Source: Salpingoeca rosetta | Taxonomy: Eukaryota; Protista; Choanoflagellata | Assembly (NCBI GenBank): GCA_033442325.1 | Contig: JAWQFM010000002.1 | Location: forward strand, 2,507,144 to 2,571,143 | Direction of reading: 5' to 3' | DNA length: 64,000 nucleotides | Shown: piece after piece, positions 18,404 to 48,002 of the stretch | Numbering within the stretch: the first letter of the stretch is position 1 | How the letters are laid out: the number at the start of each line of letters is the position of its first letter | Program-made: the position numbers and the translations under genes | The notes under the pieces: generated by a model | The model's database searches: none | What the model saw: only the letters and a program-made list of their open reading frames with translations | What the model was told of the DNA's origin: nothing

Positions 18404-20331
18404 CCACGCGCGCGCGCTGGACTCACTTGAGGAAGTCCTCAAAGTCGTCAAAATAGGTTGTGCCGCGGTTGGATTCGCACTCGTGGGTGTCGGAGCACTG
18501 GCCCGTGAACGTGCCGTTATCTGTGCGGCAGAGGGAACCCACGGCGCGGGCAATGGCGCTGCTGGGGACGGTGTAGTCAGTGCCGTCCTGGTTCTTCGCC
18601 TGCACGGTGGGGGAGCCGAGCTGGTCCGTGGTCTTGGCAGAGGCGGTGCCGAGCGTGGTGTTGTAGCAGTACACGAGGCAGGGGTTGTCGCTGTTTGTGG
18701 TCTCCTGCAGACCCCACAGGTAGCAGATGGAGCGCGCGCACACGCCATCGTTGCACAACATGTCCGAGGCGCACACGGTGTTGTTGACGCGGGCAACGGA
18801 GGCCGGGCACTCGCCGTTGGCGGTGCAGGTGGACTGCATGGTGCACACCGTCTCCTCACGGCACACCTGGCTGGTGTCGGTGATCTTGGTGCAGTCGTCG
18901 TTGCAGCAAGCGCCGTTCTCGCGGTGCTGTGGAGAGCACTCCTTGCCAGCGGCGAGCATGCAGTCTGTGGTGCAGCACGCGTCAAAGGAGCTGCACAAGT
19001 CCTCGTTGGCTGCGCAGCGGGATAACGCCGTGTTTTGTGTGCGTGTGCGTGTGTGTGTGTATGTGTGTGTGTGTGTGTGTGTGTAGAGTGAACAATTGGG
19101 GAGGAGAGGGGGTTGGTTTGCGTTTGCTCACAATAAGGGGAGACAGACAGGACAGACAGACAGACACACACGTCAACAGAACACGGGATGACTCACATCC
19201 GCAGTCGCACTGCTCTGTTCCCTCCTGGACGGTGTTGCCGCAGGTTGGCTCGTCCGACGCCACGAAGCATCCGCCCTTGGCCGTGATCACGGCAGCAATC
19301 GTGTCCAGGCTCTGCGGGCTGAACAGGTAGTTATTGTCCTCCGTGCCGTCGACAGAGACGGGCCACATCAGGTACTGTCCGCCAGCTGCACGTGGTATAT
19401 GTGGGCGTGTGTGTGTGTGTGTTGTGTGAGGTGCAGCGAAAAGCGATAATGAGAGCTCACGCCACGCAGGTTGAGTGCGAACGACAACCAACCAATCAAC
19501 CAACCAGCCAAACAAACACAAACAAGCACGGGCGGCATACAACACGAACAAAGCGACCATAAGCACGTACAGGTCTGCTCGTCCTCGTCGTGACCAGAGC
19601 CAAAGTTGTGTCCCATCTCATGGGCCATGACAAGGTACGCTGTGAGATCAGGCACCTGCACAGTGCAGTGTATGTGTGTGATTTGAAAGGGGAACGTAGC
19701 GGGTGAGGTGATGTTGGTTTGGTTGTGTTGTTGGGTGATGGAAGGAAGAAAGGAACAGAAATGCAGCCAAAGAGAATGCCAGAAAGAAGCTACACAGAGG
19801 ACACAAAAAGAGCACCGCGAGCAGCAAGGACCGTGAACTCAACAAACGCATTCAATACGGTTGATCAAGCTTGCTTGCTTGCAAGCAAGGCAAACGTACG
19901 CGAGCGCCGAAGTTTGTCTGTGTGGAGAAACCCGTGTTGGTGTAGAGGAATTCACCGGAGAGCTTTGCGCCCTGCTGGCAGATGCCACCTAATGTCGTGG
20001 AAAGAAGGGGAGGAACGTGGATGAAATGACGGGGATGGTTCATGGGTGGCGGTGTGGAGGCAGAATGATGAGGTGACGCAGTGGTACCGTGCAGCAGCAA
20101 GATTATCACGCACACACAAGCACACACATACACACCCACACCCCCACACCAACAGAGGCGCGTACCGGGGGTGTTGTCAGCGGAGCCAACCCAGGCGAGA
20201 CCAAGAAGGCCGTCGTTGAACTCTACAGGTGGACAAGGAAGCAATGAGCAGCACGCGTTAACACGGTGGAGGTAGAGAAGGGCATACACGCACACGCACA
20301 CGCACACACACGCACACGCACACACACGCAC

Positions 20332-20376
<45 letters not shown>

Positions 20377-21693
20377 AATGGCGCAGACACTAGTGCAAAC
20401 ACACATCCCCACACGCAAGTAGGGCAGCGTGCGACTGACCCTGGTCGGTGAGGCAGTGCACAATGCAGTAGTCATCCCAGGCAACCATGTTGTTGGCGGC
20501 GTTGGGGTTCTTGGAGAAGTAGCGCAGGAACTCCGAGCCATCGTTGTTGAAGTTCTGGCCCGTGTTGTACGGGTCGTTGCTTGGCGTGGAAATGACCTGT
20601 GTTGTTGTTGTCGTCGTGGTTGTTGTTGTCGTCGTTGTTGTTGTGTGAGTGGCAGCAGCGGTGGTGCAGTCAATACAGTGAGCGAGCGAACCATGAGTAG
20701 CAGCAAGAACAAAGCGGTGTTTTTGCCCACGGGACTCATCCATACACTCCACAACGCCACACATACAAAAGCACAAAAACAGACACCTGCACAGACCTCG
20801 AGGTAGCCGATGCTGATGCCGATGGTGGCGGCACCGGAGTCGTCGCGCACGGTGTTGTACTCCTCATACACCTCCTCAACGTTCTGGGTGAAGAGACAAG
20901 GGATGGAATCTCACGTGAGTGGCGACAGGCAGAGGCACGATGCAGCACGTGGTGGGCTGGGATACGCCTTGTACACACACAAGCACACACAAACAAGCAC
21001 ATACCAGCACAGAAACTCACAAATACACACACACACACACACGCACACGCAACGAGACAAACACAAATACCCAGACACACGCACTCGCGCACACAAAGCA
21101 CAGCAGCAGAGGCAATGAGACGTACGGCGAAGCGCTGGGTCATCTTGTCGATGGTGCGACCGACGTTGCTGCCGCCGAGGTTGGTGTAGAAGAGCGAGTC
21201 AGCGACAATGCCCTGCACACGGTGCACGCGAAAGTGGAGGCGGGGGGGGTGTGAGGGAAACGGTTGTGTTGCAGTTACAACAGAGGCAAACAAATGCAAA
21301 CAAATGCAAACGAAGGCACACACACACACGCACAGAACCACGGCTAAATACACGGTCATCTCTTTCACAGACACGCACGTACCCACACACAGACACAAGG
21401 TGTGTGTGTGTGTGTGTGCGACGTACAATGTTGCAGACGGTCTTTGAGGAATCAAAGGCGGCGCGGCGGGCACGCTCAAAGTACGCCTCGTCCTGCTCAT
21501 CTGTGGAGAGCTGGTCGGCCATGGCCTTGGTCACGCCGCAGTGGGCCGGAAGCTGGGGCTGGTTGACGTAGTCGTGGTCGCTGAGGCGGTACACGACGTG
21601 GTTGAACTCCTGCGGCTCGTCAAAGTGGTACTCGGCCGGATCAACGGCGTACCTTGCGAGATAACACAACACAACACAAACAAACAAACAAAC

Positions 21694-21726
<33 letters not shown>

Positions 21727-21864
21727 GCAAGCAGGCAATTGTAGAACGTTGCGGGGGTAGGGGGGGGGACGGATCAGAAGCTTGCTTGAAGCAGCAGCGA
21801 CGGCACCCACGCATCCGTACAAGTGCTGTGCGCAATAACCACGCACGTGCCGTGCCATGCGTGG

Positions 21865-21898
<34 letters not shown>

Positions 21899-21904
21899 CA
21901 ACAG

Positions 21905-21952
<48 letters not shown>

Positions 21953-22650
21953 CAACAGGCACACACACACACACACATGCGCGTACTTGTCGCCATCGTA
22001 GTTGAAGAAGCCGTGGACGGTGCCATCATCAGCAACACGGAAGTGGCAAAACTCGGACGTGTTAAAGTTGACGTGGCCACGGTAGTACTTGCGATCGTCG
22101 AGCGACACCTCTGTGCGCTCCTCGCCGGCAAACACGTACGCCTTCAGGTCTGGCGAGTGCAGGGACGTGTGTGGCTCAAGATCAAAGCGGAATGTCCTTG
22201 AGGGTGATGAGCGCGGGCATGTATGTGAGTGCATGCGTGAGTGCATGGCAATGTGTGTCGGACACAGGACAGGCAATACAGACAAACACAACGCCACAGA
22301 ATCAGATCCACACTCCCCTCACCACACACACACACACAAGCACAAACACACACATACATACACAAACAAACCCACACATACATATACAAACAAACCCACA
22401 CATACACACGTACACACACATGCCACCAGACGCACGAGTCAAAGGCGGCAATGTTGAGGGTAAACAGTTGGTCGTGGAGGTAGGTTTCGCGGGTGTAGCG
22501 ACCCTGGTACAAGGTCTGCTGCGGGTGGATGTTGATGCCGGCGTAGTTGGAGACATGCTGGTTCAGCCGCTCGCCTGCAACGCAAAGGCAGGCGCCCAAC
22601 AACAGGGTCGCGGCCACAGTAACTGCCGTGGCGCTTGTGCCGCGCATCAT
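17250..22650 (-). CDS. ADAM10/ADAM17-like (Kuzbanian-type) disintegrin and metalloprotease, multi-exon
   Basis: Signal peptide ([26 protein letters not shown]); prodomain with Cys-switch AHCG and furin site RARR; GLLGLAWVG; zinc motif [12 protein letters not shown] (~19585-19625); Met-turn YLMWP; disintegrin [15 protein letters not shown]; Cys-rich exon 18427-19010; TM WGWLLV|[13 protein letters not shown]. The last exon is uncertain (candidate VV* at 17250-17258). Confidence 0.92.
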
Positions 22651-23538
22651 GGCGCTCCTGTGTGTGTGTGGATGGAGATAGGGGTGTGGGGGTGTTGGTT
22701 GCTGGTCTGCGCTGTGCTGTGCTGTGCTGTGCGGAAATGCTTTTACTTGCCTTGCTTCTTGCTTGCTTCAGCCGTATCAGTTGGCCGATCGCGGTCGCCA
22801 GACCCACCCACTTCTTTGCCGTCGTCACCGCTGAAGCGGAAAAATTGTTAATGATTTCACATATTCGTCTAGAGGACTTTGACCGGAATTTTTAAACATA
22901 TCTTTCGGTAATTACTGATAAAGGGGGCGTGCCAAGTGCCCGTTTTGGAGACTGAGCTAAGTCGATTCACTGGACACTGAAATAAGTTGGTGGGGCGTAC
23001 GAAGTGCCCGCGCATGAATCACCTGATCGACTCGACACAAAACAGCCGAAAGAAGCCAGCCAAGCAAGAAGCAAGCCGTGTTGCAGGCTGCTGTGAGAGT
23101 GTTGTGTGTGGTGTTTTCGAGTGTGTGTTGGGCTACGCGAGCCACGCTCCTCGCCTCGATCGAACAAGCAAGCAAGCAAGCGAGCAAGAAAAAAAAGAGA
23201 ACGGTTCGTTCGTGTGGTTGGTGGGTTGCATTGCCCTCCAGTCTCCAGGACTAATGATGAAGAACTTGTGTGTGTGGGTGTGTGTGTGCGTGCGCCATGT
23301 GTGTGTGTGTGGTACTTACTGGTGATGGTTGTGTGATGTGATGTGATTTGTTTCTCGTTTGATGTAAACGACGTTGCTCGCTTGCTTGTGTGCTTGCGTG
23401 CTGGCTCTCTCGTTGCCGAGCATCACCGCCGCCGCCACGCCAGCTCACACTCATTTCCGCTTTTTTTGTTAACTTGTGTGTGTTATCTCTCGCCCGTGCA
23501 TGTGCATGTGCATGTGCTGCACCACCAGCATTGCAGCC
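22651..23538. promoter_or_regulatory. Probable bidirectional promoter between the ADAM (-) and TULIP-PqiA (+) genes
   Basis: Divergent starts, with an AT-rich, microsatellite-free core at ~22840-22990. Confidence 0.45.
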
Positions 23539-23657
23539 ATGGCGCCAACAGCCGGCCAGAGCAGAGGAGATGGAGGAGGACGAGGAGGAGCAACACCAAG
23601 ACCAAGAACAAGAAGCGCAAGAACAACAAGAATACCACCACCATCACCAGCAGCAGC

Positions 23658-23691
<34 letters not shown>

Positions 23692-24508
23692 CCGACAACA
23701 ACCGCGACAGCACGTCGTCGCCACTCGAGAAGGGTGCCAATACTCTCCATCTTCGCGCTCGTCGTCGTGCTCGTTGCGTGCCCGTTGTTTCTGCTGTGTG
23801 CAACGCATGCCCACGGCGCACAGACGACGACAACGACGACGACGACGACGGCAGCGACGACGACGGCAGCGCAGCTTGGCAAAACCACGACGGCAGCAAC
23901 AACAGCGCCGCCTGCGCCGTCAGATCCGCTGCGCCGGTGGCTCTATGATCTCGTCATCCCCGTGCCTGACATCTCCCTCCCTGTGCCGTTGATCGGCAAG
24001 TTCAACCTCACCCAGCTGTCGTGCACAGACCTGCTTCTCGGTACCATCTCCTCCAGCGCAGACAACGGAACGCTGCGCGCCGGGTTCAATGGCCTCAGCA
24101 TCCAGTGCGATGGCGTGTACGCAGTCACTTTGCTCAAGCAGAAGGTCTCTGGCCCGCTCAAGCTCATGCTCACCCCGGCATCCCGCATCGGCGTCGCCAT
24201 CGACATTGTGTGGGACGACGACAGCTTGCCCTACGCCGTCGTGCCCACCACGCTCGACGTGAACCTGGCCACGCGCCTGAAACTCAAGGACGCGCCCGAT
24301 GCCATCAACAAACTCCTCAACGAAATTGACAAGGCCCTCACGCCAACCGTCAACAAGGAGGTGGAAAAGACCCTTCGGTCCCTCATCGCCAACAACCTCA
24401 CCGCCGTCGTGCAGCAGGTCGCAGCAGGCATCAGGCCCATGCTCAACCCGCCAACCCACTACCCGGCCCCTCCGGCACCCCCAGGTACACACATGCAACG
24501 ATGCGGGC

Positions 24509-24607
<99 letters not shown>

Positions 24608-24678
24608 TTTGGTGGTGGTTTTGGTGGTGGTGATGCACGATAATTATGCCCACTTGCACACACACACACACACAACAG

Positions 24679-24725
<47 letters not shown>

Positions 24726-27383
24726 CACGCAAACATAAACGCACACACACACATATAATACTTTCCCCTGCGCTCACCACGCAACACGTCGCACACCCAA
24801 CACGATGCAGGCGCGGACGACCTGACACACAGCCCGCTGATTGAGGTGCTCTCGTCGTTCATTGACATGGGCTTCTACGACAACACCATCAACACGCTGG
24901 TCGACGACCTCACCAATGGCACGGGCACCATCACCGCGCCCCTGACCAATGCATCTGTGCACGTGCCGCTGGGAAACCTCGGCAGCATCACCCTCGCCGC
25001 CAGCGAGTTTGCTGTGGGCGGTCTGGACTCGTGGTCCAACCAGACAATTGTGCTGCACCCGCACGACAACACGAGCCTGCTCTCCAACATTGACCTGCGC
25101 ACGCTCGACCTCAACGTCTCCGTCTCTGTTGTCGTCAACACATCCACGTCCACGCAGCCGCTGAACGAGAGCGCCACCATCGTCTTTGACCTCAACAACG
25201 TCGACCTCATTGCAGACATGTTCCTCGCCCTGGACGAGGTAACACTCGACGGCCTACCATCCTCCCGCGTCCTCAACATCGACTGTCTTCTCGCCGCAAC
25301 ATCGGACGTCAACGTCACCCAGTTGCTGCTTGACTTCACGGTCGACCAGCTCGCCATCCTGGCCGGCGCTGGCTCCACGGAGCAAGACATCGACCTCCTC
25401 CTCACCAACACCATCGATGTGGTTGTTGCTGCGTACGATAAGGCCATTGGTGACGTCGTAAACTACGTGCTTATGGAGGTGGTGCGCCCCGATGTGAACG
25501 TCGCTGCCTCTGCCGCCATCAACAACGCCACCTGCCCACCTGTGGCCAAGCCCTCGTCTCTCGACGCATCGGCGCTCGCAGGGTACCTTGCCTCTGCTGG
25601 CACCAGCTTCATCTTCATCCTCATTGGCATTGCCCTGTTTGCCGTCGGCCGCAAGTACGCCAAGAGGCGCCGTCACCAGAAGCGCAAGCAGCAGCAGCAG
25701 CAGAAACAGCAGCAACAGGCGATGAACGGCAACGGTGTGGGCGCTGGCAATGGCAATGGCGCCGGTGTTGCTGGCAGTCGCGCCGCTCGCCTCAGCAGCC
25801 GGGATTCGTTTGCCACCTTCGCCGACGAGCAGGACGAAGGCGAGGCAACGGCACTGCTGGCCAGTCGCATCGACCGCACGTCCTCTGCCGCCCCCTGTCT
25901 GGCCCTGGAGCCGACCGTGTCCACCTTTGCCCGCTACTCGGTGCCGCTCGTGCTGCTGGCCACCGTTGCCATCTTCATCTGGTCCAACAACAGCGTGGGC
26001 GCCTCTGTCATCCCCGCCATCACCCTCGGCGATGATGTGATCAAGTTTGGCCCGCTCTTCTCCTTCGACCTCACCAACAGCGTGCGCGACATGTGGAACG
26101 CCAAGGTGTACGCGCTCTCCCTCCTCATTGGCGCCTTCTCCGGGAGCTGGCCTTACCTCAAGCTGATGCTCATGCTTGCGTCGTGGCTGCTGCCCACGGC
26201 ATGGCTCTCTGTTTCTCGCCGCGAGTTTCTCCTGCGCATGCTCGATGCGCTTGGCAAGTGGTCTCTCATCGACAGCTTTGTGCTGGTCATGATGATCGTG
26301 GCCTTCCGCTTCCACCTCGACATCAGCAAGCTTGTGGACGAGCCCGGCCTCGCCTCCTTTGACATCTTCGTCCAGCCCGGTCGCGGCATCCACACCTTCC
26401 TCATTGCCACCATCGTCTCCCTCACCATGTCGCACATCATCCTCCACATCCACCGCACCGCCGTCGACTACCACCGCCACGGCGGCCGGCACTATGACGA
26501 GCGCGACGATGACGACGGCGAGAACCAGTCCCTCTCCCGCCACACGTTCACCGCGCAGACGGGCGAAATGTACCGCTTCACCGTCCTGGGCGCCGTCCTC
26601 GTCGTCTTTGCGTTGCTTGCAAGCATCGTCCTCCTCTCTGTCGGCACGTCCATCGACGCGTTTACGTTTGAGTTCAAAGGCCTTGCGGCGCTGGCGATGA
26701 GCCTTGACGGCGACGATCCAAACCGCACCTTCTCCCTCATCACCATCGGCACCACCATCCCATCGTCCGTGGAGAAGCCGGACAGCTTTGGCATTCGCTA
26801 CATCCAGGCCCTCTTCTTCCTGCTCGCGCTGGCGGTGCCGCTCGTCCATCTCGTCGCCCTCATCTGCATCTGGTTCCTCCCGCTCTCAACACACGCGCAG
26901 CGCCACCTCTTCCACGCTGCGGAGGTCCTCAATGCGTGGTCGTGCCTCGACGTGTTTGTTGTCTCCCTCCTGGCGGCTGTGCTTGAGATTGGCCAGTTTG
27001 CCCAGTTTATCATTGGTGACAAGTGCGACCCCATCGATGCCATCATCAAGCCTCACGTCAAGAAGTGGCCGCGCTTGCGTGATGACGCAAAGTGCTTTGA
27101 TGTGAAGACGGACCTTGAGTCCGGCAGTTGGGCGCTGTTTTCCGCAGCCGTCGTCAGCGCTCTCACCATCTGGGTGGTGATGCCACTGTGTCACCGCGCT
27201 GTTCGGGAGCGGTTGTACGGGCCCGCTGCTGCCCACACGCGCGACCAGCGCTTGCACACCGTCAACAGCATGGCGGCGCTGTCGGAGGAGCCCAAGAAGT
27301 GTGCAGCGTGTACATCGTGTGCTCCGTGCATGCATGCATTTGAGAAGATGCACGTCATCAAGTACGATGGCGTGCAGGCGTAG
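23539..27383 (+). CDS. Multi-pass membrane protein: extracellular BPI/TULIP-like repeats fused to two PqiA (paraquat-inducible A / LetA-YebS)-like TM domains
   Basis: Two exons, 23539-24484 and 24811-27383 (phase 1). Signal/TM segment RVPILSIFALVVVLVACPLFLLC, then a beta-rich region with many N-x-S/T sequons (LVIPVPDISLP...LSIQCDGVY...SGPLKL). PqiA-like motifs occur twice: FSGSWPYLKL...LGKWSLIDSFVLVMMIVAF and LNAWSCLDVFVVSLLAAV. Confidence 0.8.
24508..24593. repeat. (GAT)n microsatellite in the single intron of the TULIP-PqiA gene
   Basis: Direct observation. Confidence 0.95.
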
Positions 27384-28356
27384 AGAGAGAGAGAGTGTGT
27401 GTGTGTGTGTGCGCGAACATGTGAGTGTGTGAGAGAGAGAGAGTGTGTGTGTGTGAACATGTGTCAATGTGAGAGAAGGTAACCTGGTCTGCGCAGTGCT
27501 GTGATTGTCGCTTGGTGTTTGTGTTTTCTCGATTCTGTTGTGTATCAATCACCCTTTCCTTTTTCTTTCTACTGTCGTGTTATCCCCCCCCCCCCGGGGC
27601 CGTCGTCATGATATTCTTTGTCTCGTGGACGAGACAACGGCGCTTTCTCTCTCGCATTGCTTGTGGTGTCGGTGTTGTTGCTTTGCTTTGTATGGATTGG
27701 CGCGTGTGTATTTTTGAGAGTGCTGTGGTGCTGATTCTTGTGTGGTTGCGTGTCTAGTGTGCTTCCTACCCACGCTACTGAGACCATTGTTTACTGGCTC
27801 GTCTTGTGTGCGTGCGTGCGCACTCATGTCGACGTGCGCGAACGAGCGCCGAGACATGGCACGCGCAAGTGTGGCTTGTGAGCAATGTGTGCATGTGTCG
27901 TGTCGTGTCAGCATTAGTCTCGCTTGCTTGCGTGCTTGGATTCCTTTGTTATCTGACCTCGATTGTATGAGTAGGATGGATAAAGGCGTGAATGCATTGT
28001 GTGTGCGTGTGTGCGTGTGTCAATGTGCGTGTGTGTGTGTGAGTGATTGTGTGTGCGTGTTTGTGATGAGAAGTGAGTGAGTGAGTAAGTGCAGGCGTGA
28101 TACGTGTGCCTCTTCGCGCGCGTACATGTGAGGCGTTTGTTGACTCGAACTTTTTCTTTGCATGGTGTACTTTTGGCCAAAACAGTGGTGTGAACACACC
28201 GGCACATGCGTGTGAACAAAAACAGGCGCGTTTTCGCGCTGAAGGGCAAGCAACAAGGCAACACAAAGACATCACAAGATGAGACAGAGGAGCAGATGAA
28301 GGGGAACAGGGGGTAAAGCAGCGACAGCAGTCGCAAATGTCGTGACTTGGTGCATG

Positions 28357-45460
<17,104 letters not shown>

Positions 45461-45804
45461 GCTGGTGGTGCTCGTGTTTCAAGGAGCCCTCCCCGTGCAC
45501 GGCCAACGGAGTGTGGTCGATCTGAGATCAGTGACAGGCAAGCAAGCGAGACAAGCAGGAGACGAAGGTCGTGGTGGTGTTGTTTGTTCGAGCGCCAGCG
45601 CAACTGGTGGCCGTTTCAAGGAAATTTACTGAAAATCATCCAACACAATTCAGCACGCTTGTCCTTCCACACCACAAACAACAAGGACAATATCTCTCCT
45701 TCTCCACCTCTCGGCACAGTGCGCCAGCGGTGCTGCCAACACCACCAACCCACACAACACCACTGTGTCGTGTAACCCATGTAATGGCATTGTAATGTAA
45801 CCAC

Positions 45805-45941
45805 AGCAAAGCAAAGCAAAGCAGAAGCAAAGCAAAGCAAAGCAAAGCAGAAGCAAAGCAAAGCAAAGCAAAGCAGAAGCAAAGCAAAGCAAAGCAAAGC
45901 AGAAGCAGAAGCAAAGCAAAGCAAAGCAGAAGCAAAGCAAA
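45805..45941. repeat. (GCAAA/GCAGAA)n pentanucleotide repeat between the PLP-enzyme stop and the EML start
   Basis: About 26 units of agcaa with periodic agcaga variants. Confidence 0.92.
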
Positions 45942-45999
45942 GGGAAACAACACCAACTTCACAGCGCGGTCCCCTGCTTTTCTCCCTCACTCTTCTCTC

Positions 46000-48002
46000 T
46001 CACAGCTGCTGCGCAAGGTAAGCGTCAACAAGATCCGCCAAGCGCACAAAGTCGGCCTGCTCAATGTACACCTGTGCAGACAGGCGCACCCACCACGTGT
46101 CCTGGTCAGGGTCAGCCGAACACCCGTCTTGGTTGCCGGCGTTGCCGTCCTCCTGCGCACTGCTGCTGCTACCGCCACCATAGCCCGTCAGGAACGACAC
46201 CGTGGAACCGAGGTGATCTGGGTTGATCCAGCGGTCACACGCTATCACTGCCGCATCGCCATCACTACCAGCACCACCACGAACATCACCACGACTACCA
46301 CGACCAGCGCCAGCGGTGCCAGCGGTGGCAGTGCCGCACGTGCAGTCTGGGTTGCGTGTCATGCGGAACACGACAATCTGCACGTCGTGGTTCTCGATGA
46401 GCCAAGGCGTCAGGCCCTGTGCGAGGGCGGCATCTGTGGTGGGCAAGCGGACGGTGGCCATGGCACTGACCATGCTGTGCGGCGCCGCAGCTTCCGTGCC
46501 CCAGCGGCCGACAAGGTAGTCTGTCGCCCAGCGCGCGAGGTTGGTCATGTACTCACGCACGGCAGCGTCGCCGCCAATGTTCTTGCGAAACGCAAAGCCG
46601 GCCGTCACGCTGGCAAAGGGCGTGTAGTCGCGCGTGCCCGTGTAGAGGAAGTCACGCATGTAATCGTGGAAGCCAAAGTCTGAGGAGACGACGGTGGGGA
46701 TGGTGTTGCGTTGCAGGCTGGGCCGCGTCCACAGGAAGGCAGATCCCTTGGGCGTGTACAGCCACTTGTGGCCGTTGCTAACGTAGAAGTCCACGCCGAC
46801 GGCGGCAAGCTGCGTGATGTTGATGGGGATGTTGCCGAGGGCGTGTGCCCCGTCGATAAGCACGTGCTTGACGCCGTGCGCCTTGGCCACCTTGGTCATC
46901 TCCACGATGGGCAGGATGACCGCAGGCGTGCTGACAATGTGGGAGATGGAGAGGATGGTGGGAATGCTGTTGGGCTGCTGGCGCAGGGCGTTGTCCAGCA
47001 GCTGCACCACCTCCTCTGCGGACTTGACGGGGAACTGCACTGGGATCTTGCGCACGCGTGCGCGTCCGGCTCTGCCAAGCACCTCGGCCGTGTTGGTGAC
47101 CATCGGGTAGGCGCAGGAGAGGAAGGCGACGGTATCATTAGCGGTGAGCGGGAAGGAGCGCAGTACGGCATTGACGCCCGAGCTGGCGTTCTCCACGAAC
47201 ACGACGTCGTCTGCGTTTGCACTGACGTACGCCGCCAGCTGTGCGCGTGTTGCATCCAGCAACCGCTGGTATCCGCCTATCGCAGTGTATGTGTGAGTGA
47301 GTGGGTGAGCAAGTGAGTGAGGGAGTGTGTGTGTGTGAGCGAGCGAGTGAGTGAGCGAGTGAGTGAGTGAGTGAGTGAGTGAGTGAGTGAGTGAGTGAGT
47401 GAGTGAGTGAGTGAGTGTGAGTGAGTGAACAAAACGGAAGGTCCACTGTGTGTGAAGGCACTCCTTGGGCTTGCTGTTCTGGTGAGAGCATCACCGCACC
47501 TCTGAACCAATCGTCGGGGCGTGCTTCCATTTGGGTGGTCAGCTGTTCCTGGTAGGCACGCACGGACTTGGGCGTCGCACCGAAGCTACCATGGTTCAAG
47601 TCTGCGCATGCATGTTCAGTGTGTGTTGTGTATGTGAGTCAGAAGCAGGTGCTGTATCCTTGCAGTGGAGTCACCGCACAGCGCAACGTGCGCCACATTG
47701 CATCGCACCGCACACCACAGCACGCAACAAGCAGCAGCAGCAGCAGCACCATGCACTGGCCATCCGCGCTCACTGACAACCACCTCCTAGCCTTGCAACA
47801 ACCCAACACCTCACGTCACATCGCACAGCCACGGGTCCGTGTGTCACGTACTCAGAAAGCCTTCTTGCAGTTGAAAGTGTTCCAGCATGCCGTGGCCAAA
47901 CGCAGGCGCAGCGGTGGCGTGGCTTGATGTGCTGGTGCCCACGCACCCGCAGCAGCCAAGCACCACCACTGTCACTGTCATCAGCGTGAACACACGCACC
48001 AT
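46000..48002 (-). CDS. Class V PLP-dependent enzyme (isopenicillin-N epimerase / L-cysteine desulfhydrase / Egt2 C-S lyase-like) with predicted signal peptide
   Basis: Exons 47852-48002, 47500-47601 and 46000-47276. Motifs FLNLNHGSFGATP, VFVENASSGVNAVLRS, ISHIVS, LIDGAHALG, SNGHKW (PLP lysine), GTRDY and VRLSAQVY. The N-terminus MVRVFTLMTVTVVVLGCCGCVG is hydrophobic. Confidence 0.9.

Noticed and set aside
25254-26849. 531-aa minus-strand ORF antisense to the TULIP-PqiA gene
   Set aside because: A shadow ORF expected from strongly GC-biased codon usage on the plus strand, with no independent motifs.
45770-45812. Possible RFX X-box upstream of EML (gtaaccacagcaaa), and gttgacaag upstream of CCDC61
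   Set aside because: Matches to the GTTNCCATGGNAAC consensus are too weak to support by eye.
45805-45941. (GCAAA)n as a possible telomeric or transposon-end repeat
   Set aside because: Internal, short, not TTAGGG-like, with no terminal inverted repeats or transposase nearby.
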